Shown here in pieces: positions 45,142 through 55,140 of a DNA stretch of 64,000 bases. This stretch comes from Poseidonia sp. (GTDB lineage Archaea > Thermoplasmatota > Poseidoniia > Poseidoniales > Poseidoniaceae): assembly GCA_965661285.1 (NCBI GenBank), contig CBFIDD010000002.1:224001-288000 (forward strand), read 5' to 3'. The first letter of the stretch is position 1. The number at the start of each line of letters is the position of its first letter. The notes beneath the pieces are model-generated. The model was given only the letters and a program-made list of their open reading frames with translations, ran no database searches and was not told the DNA's origin. A program made the translations under genes and the position numbers.

Positions 45142-48100
45142 TCACTGGTAGGGGTTTTCGCCAGGAGAGGAAGCGTCCCGAGGCGCACCGTAGGGCCCTG
45201 CTGCTTCTTGTGCAGGGGCTGGTTGCCCACGGGCTGGAGGCGTCAAGCTGGGGGGTTGTTTGGTGATGGGTACATCCTCCCTGCGCAGGCCAACGACCAG
45301 AAGGCCGATGAGGCCTGCCGTCAGGAGGCCGACCACCGTGAGCAAAACGGGATTGATGGTACTGATGGTGCCGAGGACACCATCCGAACGGGGCTCTTCA
45401 ACCAACACCGTGGCCGATTGGGAATTTGGGCCGTTGACAATGCTCAATTCCAGCCACTGAGAACCATCCCGCCCAGGTTTCCAGAGGTACTGGTAAATCA
45501 TCTGTTCGCCGGATTGGATGTCTACAACCCTCGCATCCAATCGAGTTCTGGCACCGCTGGATTCAACCTGCTCAAGCACCATGTTGGCTTCACCGTCGGC
45601 CAGACCGCTGTTGGTGAGGAGGGCAGAAACCTCCACCAGATCACCTTGATGGATATCGCTTGAAGGCTTCAAGTCAACATCCGAGAGTTCGTAAACAGGC
45701 ACGCGTTGTTCGAGATTCCAAACCCGCAGCGGCGCATCGAGATCGTTGAAAATGGAATCGATGGTGAGACCGGCTTCATCAGCACCCGTCACCCAAATGC
45801 GGAGTTCAACCGCCTTGGTTCTGAAGGCGGGGAGCATGAGCGCATCCAAGTCCAACGAACAGCGCACAGGTATGGAATCCCCGTTGGTTCGCTCACCAAG
45901 GATCTCAAGCGGCAGGCTTCCGTTGTCAAAGACATACGAATTCAAACCGAGCCCGGCTTCGTTGAGTGACCAATGCAGTCGAAGCGAGTCCGCATCCAGG
46001 CGAGCGTTTTCATCAAGGCGAAGTTCAAACTGAAGACCCCGCCACATGTCTTCTGAAAGCATGTTGTTGAAACCCGGACGGTCAACCGCAGCCACGCGAG
46101 GAGCTACGTTGTCAACAATGAACCAAACAAAGGCAGCATCATCTCCTCTATAGACTGCACCGTTCGGAGCATCTCGGAGGTCGCCAAACAAACCGTAGGT
46201 ACCATCGAGCAGTGGAGCGAGGATACTGCCCGAGAAACTGCCGTTCACGACCTTGGCCTCGAGGTTGTTTTCACCAAGGGTCAACTCAACATCGAGGGAT
46301 TGACTCGGTCGTGTGCCCGTACGGTGCCAAACGAGGTCGCCGTGAACGTCAAAGGTGGTGCGGGGCTGAACCCAATAGCCCAAATCATCCTCTGATTCGC
46401 CTGGCAGTGCAATCCGGATGGATTCGGCATCAATCGAAAGTTCGCCGGAGAAGCGCCACCGGAGGGGCTCGAGCATGAACCGGTTTGATTGACCAGACTG
46501 GTCAAGAAGGGAAATTTCGGGAATACGCTCAACGGATGTGTCGGGGTCGTACCCCCACTCAACGGAGAAATTAACGACAAATTCACCGTTTCTTGAAAAC
46601 AAATCGTCGGCCTCAGCAGGAACGAGGGTGCACGATTCAACCTCCACATACGGGTCCAACGAGGCACAGATATTCGTGCTTTGATTCCATTGTATCACCG
46701 ACGGATTTGGAGTGTTCGCCGCTAATTTGAGTTCAACCTCGGCCAAATCAAAAATGCCGTTTTGTTCAAAGACGGGAACCCGAAGTTGGTACCATTCGTG
46801 AGGATGGAGCCAAGGCGATACCTCCCCGTTGGGCCATCCAAGCGATGAGGCCCCAAGTGAGGGTGCGCCGTTGGCGTTAAGTTGCACGTGGAACATCGGT
46901 TCGGAGAGCAGCCCTCCACCCTCCATGATGTGCCCGGCGCTGTCGGCGATCTCCACCCAACCGACAAAATAGTCCCCTTCCTCGGCGGCGCTTGAGTCCA
47001 GCGTCAAGCTGTACTCACCCATCAGCGTGGAGAGGTTGTCGGGCAGTTCCAATTCGGATTTGACAACTTCATCGGCGTCCATAACGCCGTTGCCGTTCGT
47101 ATCGTCCTTCCATGATTGCCACAGGTAGACGTCTGCATGGGTTGGCAAATGGGGTCGATCAGCGATCGTGAAGACCAATGGCGTCCTTGGACTGATGTCC
47201 CGGCTGTCAAACCGCTCGACCGAACGGTCAATGAGGGTAGGAGGAACGTTGTCGAACAAGAAGGTCAGGCTTGAAGGTAGGTTGCTCACCACATCTTGTC
47301 CTCGCAAAGGCACCACCTCAACGCCCAAATCGAGCGAGGGCCGTCCTTGCGGAACCGTGTAAGGGAACAAGGCCACCCCGTGGTTGAGCAACGTAGTGGT
47401 GGCGTATTCATTCCCGTCAACAAGGAAACGGACAAGGGCTTGGCCTGACCGCGGCACGCCTTCCGTGGTGTTTTCGAAGCCGAGAACCACCTCGAGGTGA
47501 ACCACCTCGCCGCCCCGAAGGTATGGATAGGCTGCATCCGAACGGATATCGCCACTGGAGAGTACGGACCAGGATTTGACCTCAATGTCGTTTTCAACCC
47601 CTTGGTCGAACCCGAGACCGAAGACCTGAGAGACGGGGAGCAGCGGTCCAGAAGACGAAATCAAACTGACCGAAAGCGTTGCAGACGATTCATCATCCCA
47701 TCCGTCCGGGAATCGGAAATGATGGCGCAACTCGAGGAACTCTCCCGAGCCCACAGCGGAAATCGAACCCGCCGTACCCTCATCAAACCACAACAGTGCG
47801 GTTCCAGAGGCCGTGCATGCTGACAGCGAAGTGGACGTGATGGGCAGCGAAGCGATTGGACATCGGAGTTTTGATTGCTGCTGGGAGCCTGAGAGGTGGA
47901 GTTCAACCTGCCAGCCGGATTGTGTAGCATGGCTGAGCGCATCGGAGATGCCAATTGGTGAGAAATCGAAGGTTCCGACGGATTCAATCCAATGCATGCC
48001 GGGGACGAAGGTGTCGCTCACGTTGTGCACCTCCAGGTCAATCGCCTCTACAGATGCCTGGGACTGGACATCGTTCACCGTGACATAAACCGAACCTGTG

Positions 48101-50136
48101 GCGTCCAAGCGAACGGGCAGGTTCACCGTTCGCTGACCGGATTTTGGAACTGCGGAAGAAATCGCATGGTTCAGCCCCATTACAAGGGGGTGACCGGCGT
48201 TCAGTTCGATGGTTAAGTCAGCGTCGTAGGGAGCAAAAACACCGCCAAACAAGAGGTCGCCTGTGGTGAGAGAGGAGCCAATACGCACCTCCACGGTGGC
48301 CATGGGCAGCCCGGTTGGTCCGTGGTTGTTCGAAGCCTGTGCCAGCGCATTGTTCAGGGAGGTCAAATCCGAATCATCGAGCGAAACCACGGTCAAATCA
48401 TCGATGTTTGAAAGGGTCCGACTCAGGATGTCTTGTCCATTGACCGCCATGGCCAAGAATGGACTTGCAATGCTGCCGGTCGGCGAGGCCACAGCGAAGG
48501 AGAACGCATGGACACCTTGCGTTGGTACTGCAATCTCGAGTGAGGCCGTGTTGGCCGGGGCGATGGCTCGAATGACCCAAAGGTCATCGGTCACAAGGGT
48601 GTTTTGCAAACCGAAGGCACCGTTTCCTGGCCGGTCCATGGACCATTCGTTTGCACCGTCGAGACCCACATCAAACCGCAATCCATCAGGCAACGATGTT
48701 CGAATCAATTCCAGTTCAACCGATTCCCACGTGAACGTGCCACCGCCTGTTGCATTGATCATCCGCAGTTGGAACATGTGTGCGGGCATGCCGAGCGAAA
48801 CACGGTCCACCGCTGCTACATCGGTCCACGACAGGCCTGAATCGGTCGTGAATTGTAATTGTCCGCCACCCGAATGGGTGCTGTTCACGCTGACGGCTGA
48901 AAAACCCGCTCGAACATGGTACGTCTCGGAGAGAACGGCGTTTGAACTCGTGATGGCACCGTTGGCCCAGCTCCCTCCTTGAATGGTCCACCCTTCACTG
49001 GTGGGGTCGGTTTGGAAATGCTTGTCGAGATGACCGTTCAGCGACCAACTTCGGATTTCAGAGGTGCCGCCGTCGGCCGCTTCCTTCATGTGGACCTTGA
49101 ACCGAAGGAGGGGGTGTGCGTGCCAATCGATCATCCCCAGATCAGCCCACGTTGAGGTCAGTCGCTCAAAACCCGGGACGGGAACGTTGGTGGTTGCGTC
49201 AATGACCTGCCATTCAAACACGGAGCCAGGGTAGACCATGGCGTCCATATGGAGCAAACCGTGCATGAGGTTCTCTCCCCGATTGAGCAACGAGGGGCCG
49301 AACACATCGGATGTCCAGTTTCCTTCTCCACTCCCCGAACCACCGGATGGCGTGATGACGATGTCGTCCACCCACGCCGTATCCGACCCGGAGTTGACGC
49401 TTCCGTCTTTGGTGTATTTCCACGTGAGTGTTTGGGCCGTTGCAGGAATGGTGAACTGTTGCAATCCGTTGTTCACCGTACCCGACCAACGTTGGGTGTA
49501 ACCGCTGTACCTGCTGCAGTTGGGGTTATCGATGCAGAAGATGAGATAATCGAAACCCCCCTCCGAGGAAACGCTGTACCTGAAGGTCCCCGTCGAGGCC
49601 GGGAGTTGGGACACATCGAGGGTCATGCTCGATTCTTGGTTGTGGGTGATGGTACCCGCCTTCGCAAGTTGGGCGCCCTGAAGCCGCGTGTCCGCTTGAA
49701 TGGCCCAGTTGGAAGAACCTGAACGCGTCCATTCTGGCGCCCACGTGCCGGTCTCAAAATCATAGCGCCAATCTTGGGGCAATATTTGAAGTGAGGATTT
49801 GTTTACATCCATTCCGTCATAGACAGCGTTGCCGTCAAAGTCGCCAACATCCGTTAATGTGGAGGCCATGGAAGTGGTCAATGTTGCCGCACTGATATCG
49901 AGGTCCAAGGCTTTGATGGAATGACCGTTCGGAACGCTGACTCCCACACGCTGATTAGCACCGTCTGGCCACGAACCGATGGTGAGTTTCTCAGCCTGTC
50001 CCAAGGGCGTGGTTTCCTTGTAGGGCTCATCTCCTTCGAGGGAATGGGGAGCATCGTGGCTCAGGGGCATGAGTGAAATGAGGAACAGCAGAACGATGCC
50101 GACCGCCAAAGATGCACAGCGAGCACGTGGCCTCAT
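45142..50136 (-). CDS. Giant surface protein with Ig-like/CARDB-like domains, C-terminal TM and Pro-rich tail
   Basis: Signal peptide, SSEGGFDYL..WKYTKDGSVNSGSDTAWVDDI beta-sandwich module, DDTNGNGVMDADE Ca-type motif, TM plus RR. Confidence 0.9.
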   Translation of the reverse strand: MRPRARCASLAVGIVLLFLISLMPLSHDAPHSLEGDEPYKETTPLGQAEKLTIGSWPDGANQRVGVSVPNGHSIKALDLDISAATLTTSMASTLTDVGDFDGNAVYDGMDVNKSSLQILPQDWRYDFETGTWAPEWTRSGSSNWAIQADTRLQGAQLAKAGTITHNQESSMTLDVSQLPASTGTFRYSVSSEGGFDYLIFCIDNPNCSRYSGYTQRWSGTVNNGLQQFTIPATAQTLTWKYTKDGSVNSGSDTAWVDDIVITPSGGSGSGEGNWTSDVFGPSLLNRGENLMHGLLHMDAMVYPGSVFEWQVIDATTNVPVPGFERLTSTWADLGMIDWHAHPLLRFKVHMKEAADGGTSEIRSWSLNGHLDKHFQTDPTSEGWTIQGGSWANGAITSSNAVLSETYHVRAGFSAVSVNSTHSGGGQLQFTTDSGLSWTDVAAVDRVSLGMPAHMFQLRMINATGGGTFTWESVELELIRTSLPDGLRFDVGLDGANEWSMDRPGNGAFGLQNTLVTDDLWVIRAIAPANTASLEIAVPTQGVHAFSFAVASPTGSIASPFLAMAVNGQDILSRTLSNIDDLTVVSLDDSDLTSLNNALAQASNNHGPTGLPMATVEVRIGSSLTTGDLLFGGVFAPYDADLTIELNAGHPLVMGLNHAISSAVPKSGQRTVNLPVRLDATGSVYVTVNDVQSQASVEAIDLEVHNVSDTFVPGMHWIESVGTFDFSPIGISDALSHATQSGWQVELHLSGSQQQSKLRCPIASLPITSTSLSACTASGTALLWFDEGTAGSISAVGSGEFLELRHHFRFPDGWDDESSATLSVSLISSSGPLLPVSQVFGLGFDQGVENDIEVKSWSVLSSGDIRSDAAYPYLRGGEVVHLEVVLGFENTTEGVPRSGQALVRFLVDGNEYATTTLLNHGVALFPYTVPQGRPSLDLGVEVVPLRGQDVVSNLPSSLTFLFDNVPPTLIDRSVERFDSRDISPRTPLVFTIADRPHLPTHADVYLWQSWKDDTNGNGVMDADEVVKSELELPDNLSTLMGEYSLTLDSSAAEEGDYFVGWVEIADSAGHIMEGGGLLSEPMFHVQLNANGAPSLGASSLGWPNGEVSPWLHPHEWYQLRVPVFEQNGIFDLAEVELKLAANTPNPSVIQWNQSTNICASLDPYVEVESCTLVPAEADDLFSRNGEFVVNFSVEWGYDPDTSVERIPEISLLDQSGQSNRFMLEPLRWRFSGELSIDAESIRIALPGESEDDLGYWVQPRTTFDVHGDLVWHRTGTRPSQSLDVELTLGENNLEAKVVNGSFSGSILAPLLDGTYGLFGDLRDAPNGAVYRGDDAAFVWFIVDNVAPRVAAVDRPGFNNMLSEDMWRGLQFELRLDENARLDADSLRLHWSLNEAGLGLNSYVFDNGSLPLEILGERTNGDSIPVRCSLDLDALMLPAFRTKAVELRIWVTGADEAGLTIDSIFNDLDAPLRVWNLEQRVPVYELSDVDLKPSSDIHQGDLVEVSALLTNSGLADGEANMVLEQVESSGARTRLDARVVDIQSGEQMIYQYLWKPGRDGSQWLELSIVNGPNSQSATVLVEEPRSDGVLGTISTINPVLLTVVGLLTAGLIGLLVVGLRREDVPITKQPPSLTPPARGQPAPAQEAAGPYGAPRDASSPGENPYQ

Positions 50137-50235
50137 GTTTGGACTACGCACGCTTCAAGGTCTAAAGGGTTGGGACTTTTCGCCATGGACCACTCAGGTG
50201 AGAAAGTCAATAGATGGGGTGGACCAGGAATGGGC

Positions 50236-50925
50236 ATGGATGTTGAAGCGCTCAAGGGGGAAGCCGGAATTGCCGCCTGTTCATATGTTGAATCGGGCAT
50301 GAAGGTTGGGCTTGGGACAGGTTCAACGGTGAAGTACACCATCCTCGAATTGGGTCGCCGAGTTCGAGAGGATGGCCTTGACATCATCGGCGTTCCAACG
50401 TCAATTGCGACCAGAGACCTCGCCATGGAGGTCGGCATACCGCTTGCTGATCTTGACGACCTCGATGGATTGGACGTCGTGATCGACGGCACGGATGAGT
50501 TTGACCCCGACTTCCAACTCATCAAAGGTGGCGGTGCAGCGCTGTTGCGTGAAAAGGTGGTCGCTCAATCATCCGCCAGAATGGTCGTTGTTGCTGATGA
50601 ACGCAAGCAAGTTGACGTCCTCGGCGCCTTCCCCCTTCCCATCGAAGTCACGCCGTTTTCCTACAACACAACCAAACGAGCCATCGAGAAAACGCTTGGC
50701 TGCACCGTGGTGATGCGGGCAATAAGCGAGGGCTTGCTGACAACCGATAACGGGAATTACATCGCTGATGCGCACACAGGTCCAAGCCTCAGCGACCCGG
50801 AAGCATCCGAGCGAACATTGCTCAACCTTGCAGGCGTTGTTCAAGTTGGGCTCTTCAACAACATGTGCGACGTGGTGGTGCTTGCGTCGGACGAGGGCGT
50901 TTCCATTCTGGAAAAGAGCGATTGA
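50236..50925 (+). CDS. rpiA: Ribose-5-phosphate isomerase A
   Basis: GLGTGST, DGTDEFD, IKGGGAALLREK, TDNGNYIAD. Confidence 0.96.
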   Translation: MDVEALKGEAGIAACSYVESGMKVGLGTGSTVKYTILELGRRVREDGLDIIGVPTSIATRDLAMEVGIPLADLDDLDGLDVVIDGTDEFDPDFQLIKGGGAALLREKVVAQSSARMVVVADERKQVDVLGAFPLPIEVTPFSYNTTKRAIEKTLGCTVVMRAISEGLLTTDNGNYIADAHTGPSLSDPEASERTLLNLAGVVQVGLFNNMCDVVVLASDEGVSILEKSD

Positions 50926-50983
50926 TGTGATTTCAAATCCGCTTTGCGTGAAGCATTAAATAGACGAGGCAGAAGGCCGAAGT

Positions 50984-51060
50984 GGGCCTGTAGCTTAGTC
51001 AGGTAGAGCGACGGACTCTTAATCCGTCGGTCGCGGGTTCGAACCCCGTCAGGCCCGCCA
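50984..51060 (+). tRNA. tRNA-Lys (CTT), CCA encoded
   Basis: GGGCCTG/CAGGCCC acceptor stem, ACGGA-CT-CTT-AA-TCCGT anticodon arm, GGTTCGAACCC; TTAAATA upstream. Confidence 0.96.
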
Positions 51061-51063
51061 TAC

Positions 51064-51360
51064 TCACGCTTCCCATTTTGCGAGGATGTTCTGACGCGCC
51101 ACGGGACCAAAGTTGTGTGAATCTTCGGTCGCTGTTGGGTCGGTCTGGTCACCAACCAGGAAAAATCGGCCATCGGACTCCACCCTCAGAATGCGTTTGA
51201 CCACCATCACGTTGTCCTTCAACGGATGATAAGCGAGCACGACATCCCCTTGCCCAAGCAGGGTTTGGCTATCGACTTCAAGGAAGGACAAGACTTGGCC
51301 GTCAACAAAGGTCGGCCACATGCTGTCGCCTTGGATGCGCACATCCAAGCGTTCGGTCAT
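51064..51360 (-). CDS. sodX: Ni-SOD maturation protease (S26 family)
   Basis: GDSMWPT, GDVV..HP..VKRI, GD...DSHNFGPV; directly downstream of sodN. Confidence 0.92.
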   Translation of the reverse strand: MTERLDVRIQGDSMWPTFVDGQVLSFLEVDSQTLLGQGDVVLAYHPLKDNVMVVKRILRVESDGRFFLVGDQTDPTATEDSHNFGPVARQNILAKWEA

Positions 51361-51369
51361 GAACAGGCC

Positions 51370-51810
51370 TCAAGAGGCTCGAATCCAAGGGACTTCTCGG
51401 CCTTTTGCAGCCCAGAACATCTCGTGTATGGCCTCGCAGGCGTCCATGAGTTCTTGGGCATGGTTGGCAGACACTTCAACCTTGCACGCAGAGCAGAGTT
51501 TTGCTGCGTGCCAAAAGGTGTCGTGAAGGTCAGGATTCGACTCGAGGTGCTGGGGCTTGAAGAAATCCGTCCACAATACGAGAAGCTCGTCTTTGCACTT
51601 CTGTGCTTCTTCTTCCTTCACCGCTGCATAGCGGGCCATGGTGTTCATGTAGGCGGCCATAGCGACGCCGTCAGAGGTGTCAGGACAGGTCATGGCCAGC
51701 ATCTTCTTGGTCATGGATTGGACGGCTTCGGCAGCGATTCGGGCGCTGGCGGGGTCGTACACTCCACAGGGAGCATCACAGTGGGCTTCGGCAACGAGGG
51801 GGGTCTTCAT
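51370..51810 (-). CDS. sodN: Nickel superoxide dismutase
   Basis: AEA|HCDAPCGVYDPA Ni-hook after a short propeptide; KEEEAQ..LWTDFFK. Confidence 0.96.
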   Translation of the reverse strand: MKTPLVAEAHCDAPCGVYDPASARIAAEAVQSMTKKMLAMTCPDTSDGVAMAAYMNTMARYAAVKEEEAQKCKDELLVLWTDFFKPQHLESNPDLHDTFWHAAKLCSACKVEVSANHAQELMDACEAIHEMFWAAKGREVPWIRAS

Positions 51811-51862
51811 GGTGTATCCCAAGCACTGGAACCATAAGAACATGATTCTTTTTCTTCAACGG

Positions 51863-52786
51863 TTACTTCGCTGTGATGGTGGTGCCGTGTTCACCCCGAA
51901 GCGCTTGCAGAACATTTCCTGGCGAACACAAGATGGAGGTGCCGTTGGGTGAATGTTCGGCAAACTGACACAGAGCCTCAACTTTCGGCCCCATGGAACC
52001 CTTGGGGAATTCACCCGCTACGTGGAGTTCCCGTGCTTGTTGAACGGTCAATTTGGGCATGGGTTCAGCGTTGTCGGTGCCATACCCACGGTAAATAGCA
52101 TCTGCTTCGGTGCTGATGATGAGTGCGTGAGCACCCAAGTCTCGTGCGAGCAAGGATGAGAAGTGATCTTTGTCGATAACTGCGGGCACCCCTTGCATGT
52201 TGCCTTCATGGCGAACCGTGGGCACACCTCCGCCCCCACCGCAAATGACAACGGCGTTGAGTTGAACCAGTTGCTGAATAACGTCCAGTTCCAAAATACG
52301 AGTTGGCTTGGGACTGGCCACAACCCGCCGAGGCCCGTGCACCGTCTGCGCAATGTCCCAATCAGCCGACATGACGGTCTGTGAGGAAAGCACGGGACCA
52401 ACCGGTTTTGTAGGCCATGCAAACCCTTCATCGTTGATGTCGACCTCGGCGCGCGTAAGCAAGACCGCCGTTCGTTCAGGCCGCCTGCGACGCTCTAAAA
52501 TGGCCTGAAGATGCATCGACAACTCATGTCCAATCATCCCCTGAGTCGCAGCAACCCATGTGTCCAAACTCTGGGTTTGCTCACCGTCCATCGCGAGCAA
52601 GTGCCCGACCTGAGGGCCGTTTCCATGTGTGATAACGACGCTCCAGTCCATTTCGAGCAAGTCAATAACATCGCTCATCACCCTCGCAAGAACCTCGACG
52701 GTGTCGGCGGCATCTTCACCCGGTGATTGCAGAGCATTGCCGCCAAGGGCGTAGACCGCCGTCTTCCTCACATGACGGGGTCTCAT
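51863..52786 (-). CDS. arcC: Carbamate kinase
   Basis: ALGGNAL, THGNGPQVG, TQGMIG, PTKPVGP, RRVVASPKP, AVIDKD, GSMGPKV. Confidence 0.94.
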   Translation of the reverse strand: MRPRHVRKTAVYALGGNALQSPGEDAADTVEVLARVMSDVIDLLEMDWSVVITHGNGPQVGHLLAMDGEQTQSLDTWVAATQGMIGHELSMHLQAILERRRRPERTAVLLTRAEVDINDEGFAWPTKPVGPVLSSQTVMSADWDIAQTVHGPRRVVASPKPTRILELDVIQQLVQLNAVVICGGGGGVPTVRHEGNMQGVPAVIDKDHFSSLLARDLGAHALIISTEADAIYRGYGTDNAEPMPKLTVQQARELHVAGEFPKGSMGPKVEALCQFAEHSPNGTSILCSPGNVLQALRGEHGTTITAK

Positions 52787-52894
52787 TGGACCGTTTTGAC
52801 ACTTTGCACAAATGCGGCAGCGAGGCGGGTTTTTTCGATACTTCCAAGGGGAGACATTCACATAGGCCCGGCCGGTGGACAGGGTGGTGAGAGC

Positions 52895-54244
52895 ATGGTC
52901 AAGACCACATGGATCGGCGATGTGCGAAACGGTCAACACACCGACCAAACGATTGAATTGAAAGGCTGGGTTAAGCGCAGTCGTGGAAACAACAACATCT
53001 GGTTTGTTATCCTTCGGGACTCAACGGGGACCATCCAATGCGTTGGAAAAAAGAGTGCCCTTGGTGAAGCCACATTTGAACTGCTCAAAGGCGCCATCAT
53101 CGAAACCAGTGTTGCCTTTACCGGACTCGTCAAGGCCGATGAACGGGCAGATGGTGGCCATGAACTCGTTCTTTCCGGAGTTGAAATTGTTGGCGCTGTG
53201 AACTCAGAACGCCCATTCCCCATCACCGAAGCCGACATGCTCGTCGAAGATGAGGATGGAGAGCTGACTTACGGGGGAACCGAACACACACTGAACCATC
53301 GCCACCTCTACCTGCGAACCACTCGAGCCACCACGATGCTCAAACTCAGAAGTTCAGCCTTTGGTGCCATTCACAATTACTTCAGAGGCCATGATTTTCT
53401 CGAATATCAGGCTCCAAATTTCGTCGCTGGCGCAGTTGAGGGCGGCTCAACGCTCTTCGAGGTCCCCTACTTTGGGAAGCAAGCCTACCTGACGCAATCG
53501 TGGCAACTTTACGCCGAAGCAGCCATGCCGGCTTTGGAACGCTTGTACACCATAGCACCCTCGTTCCGCGCTGAAAAATCAAGGACGCGACGGCACCTCA
53601 CCGAGTTCTGGCATGCTGAAATGGAAATGGCATGGGCGACCAACAACGACATCATGGCCCACGGCGAAGGTGTGGTTCGGAGCATTGCAGCTACCCTGAT
53701 TGAGGAACGTGAGAATGAACTCACTTACCTTGAACGCGATCTTGAGTTGATCGGCAGGTACGCAGACAGCCCCTACCCTCGGATGCGCTATGACGAGGCC
53801 GTGGAGATTCTCCAAGGCAAAGGCGTCGCTATTGAGTGGGGACAAGATTTGGATTATTCAAAAGAGAAAATCTTGACCCAAGATTTCGACGTTCCTCATT
53901 TCTTGACACACTACCCGAAGGTGGCCAAACCCTTCTACCACCGTGTTGACCCGGAAGATGAAAACTATGTTCTCTGCCACGACCTCCTCGCACCGGAAGG
54001 GTATGGAGAAATCATTGGAGGTGGGGAGCGCACGTGGTCGGAAGAAGAAATTCTCAAGCGCATTGACGAAGAAGGAACCCCTCGAGAACCCTACCAGTTC
54101 TACATCGATGTTCGCTCATACGGTGGCGTACCCCACGGTGGTTTCGGGTTGGGCGTAGACCGCGTGGTCAGTTGGCTCGCAGGAGCAACCCACATACGCG
54201 AGGTCATTCCCTTCCCCCGAACCTCTCGACGGGTAACCCCCTGA
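52895..54244 (+). CDS. asnS: Asparagine--tRNA ligase
   Basis: OB-fold anticodon domain, RHLYLR, EGGSTLF, YLTQSWQLY, FRAEKSRTRRHLTEF, PHGGFGLG. Confidence 0.94.
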   Translation: MVKTTWIGDVRNGQHTDQTIELKGWVKRSRGNNNIWFVILRDSTGTIQCVGKKSALGEATFELLKGAIIETSVAFTGLVKADERADGGHELVLSGVEIVGAVNSERPFPITEADMLVEDEDGELTYGGTEHTLNHRHLYLRTTRATTMLKLRSSAFGAIHNYFRGHDFLEYQAPNFVAGAVEGGSTLFEVPYFGKQAYLTQSWQLYAEAAMPALERLYTIAPSFRAEKSRTRRHLTEFWHAEMEMAWATNNDIMAHGEGVVRSIAATLIEERENELTYLERDLELIGRYADSPYPRMRYDEAVEILQGKGVAIEWGQDLDYSKEKILTQDFDVPHFLTHYPKVAKPFYHRVDPEDENYVLCHDLLAPEGYGEIIGGGERTWSEEEILKRIDEEGTPREPYQFYIDVRSYGGVPHGGFGLGVDRVVSWLAGATHIREVIPFPRTSRRVTP

Positions 54245-54349
54245 TTACAGGAGAACTTCGCCGCACATCGGACACGGCATGCCTGGGATGAAGGCGCCGA
54301 GCAAAAACCCACAGTGCGGACAGATGGACATCAAATCGTCAACGACCAT
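54245..54349 (-). CDS. 34-aa CPxCG zinc-finger microprotein
   Basis: Hand translation MVVDDLMSICPHCGFLLGAFIPGMPCPMCGEVLL*; fills the gap between asnS and the HAD gene. Confidence 0.75.
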   Translation of the reverse strand: MVVDDLMSICPHCGFLLGAFIPGMPCPMCGEVLL

Positions 54350-54374
54350 GTTGCATGATTTCCCCAGTTCCCAA

Positions 54375-55136
54375 TCAAGGTTTGGGAAGGTCGAACTGAT
54401 CGCAGATGAGGTCGAGGACCAGCATGAGGTCTTTTTCCTCGATCACATGGTGTGCAAATTCCCGCGGACGGTCGTCCCACGGATTGAACAGGACAGCACA
54501 TCCACTTTCTCCGAACATACCCACATCACCCATCGAATCACCCACCGAAGCCGTGTTGGCCTTGTCCACACCCAGGCGGCGTTGGAGCATCTTGACGATG
54601 GCGCCCTTCCCGTTCATTTGGACTTGATATCGGCCAAAATCCCCGATACCGGGTGGTGAGGTACCGTCCCCTGCTTCCATCAGCCAGCCATTTGTAAAAA
54701 CATGAAGCCGGGTGTCCAACCCGCCGCTCTTTTCGCGAGCCGTGTGCCAGTCGATACCACCCCAGCGCCGCCGCCAAGGTGCATCGCTCGGGAAAGTTGC
54801 AGCGATGTCTCGAGCGGTTTTTTGGATGCCGCCGCTGACAATCGCAACGTGAACGCCAAGGTCCAGAAGATGCTGGATGAGGGATTTCCATCCCTTCATC
54901 ATGGGCATGCCTTCCATCAAACCTCGCAGCAGTTCATCGGTGATTCGGTCAACGGGTGCGGATTTGATCAGGGCCAAATCGAGTTTTATCCAGTCCCATT
55001 CGTTGAGCAACCCTTGATTGTAGAGTTCAAAGGACTCATCATTTGAGATGCCCAACTGATCATACACGAATTGCCACGTCGAAAGATGGTCGACCAAAAC
55101 ACGGTCCATGTCAAGACAGACGAGGTGCGCAGACAC
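54375..55136 (-). CDS. HAD-IB phosphatase (phosphoserine-phosphatase-like)
   Basis: CLDMDRVL, IVSGG, GKG, VGDSMGD. Confidence 0.88.
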   Translation of the reverse strand: MSAHLVCLDMDRVLVDHLSTWQFVYDQLGISNDESFELYNQGLLNEWDWIKLDLALIKSAPVDRITDELLRGLMEGMPMMKGWKSLIQHLLDLGVHVAIVSGGIQKTARDIAATFPSDAPWRRRWGGIDWHTAREKSGGLDTRLHVFTNGWLMEAGDGTSPPGIGDFGRYQVQMNGKGAIVKMLQRRLGVDKANTASVGDSMGDVGMFGESGCAVLFNPWDDRPREFAHHVIEEKDLMLVLDLICDQFDLPKP

Positions 55137-55140
55137 GGCC

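Noticed and set aside
44826-45266. 146-aa plus-strand ORF and the 12-bp inverted repeat at 44787/45078 as a MITE
   Set aside because: Explained by RNase P RNA on the minus strand; the inverted repeat is its P1 helix.
51040-51060. att duplicates of the tRNA-Lys or tRNA-Pro 3' ends
   Set aside because: None found by eye downstream of either tRNA; the cassette pattern appears specific to tRNA-Glu in this window.
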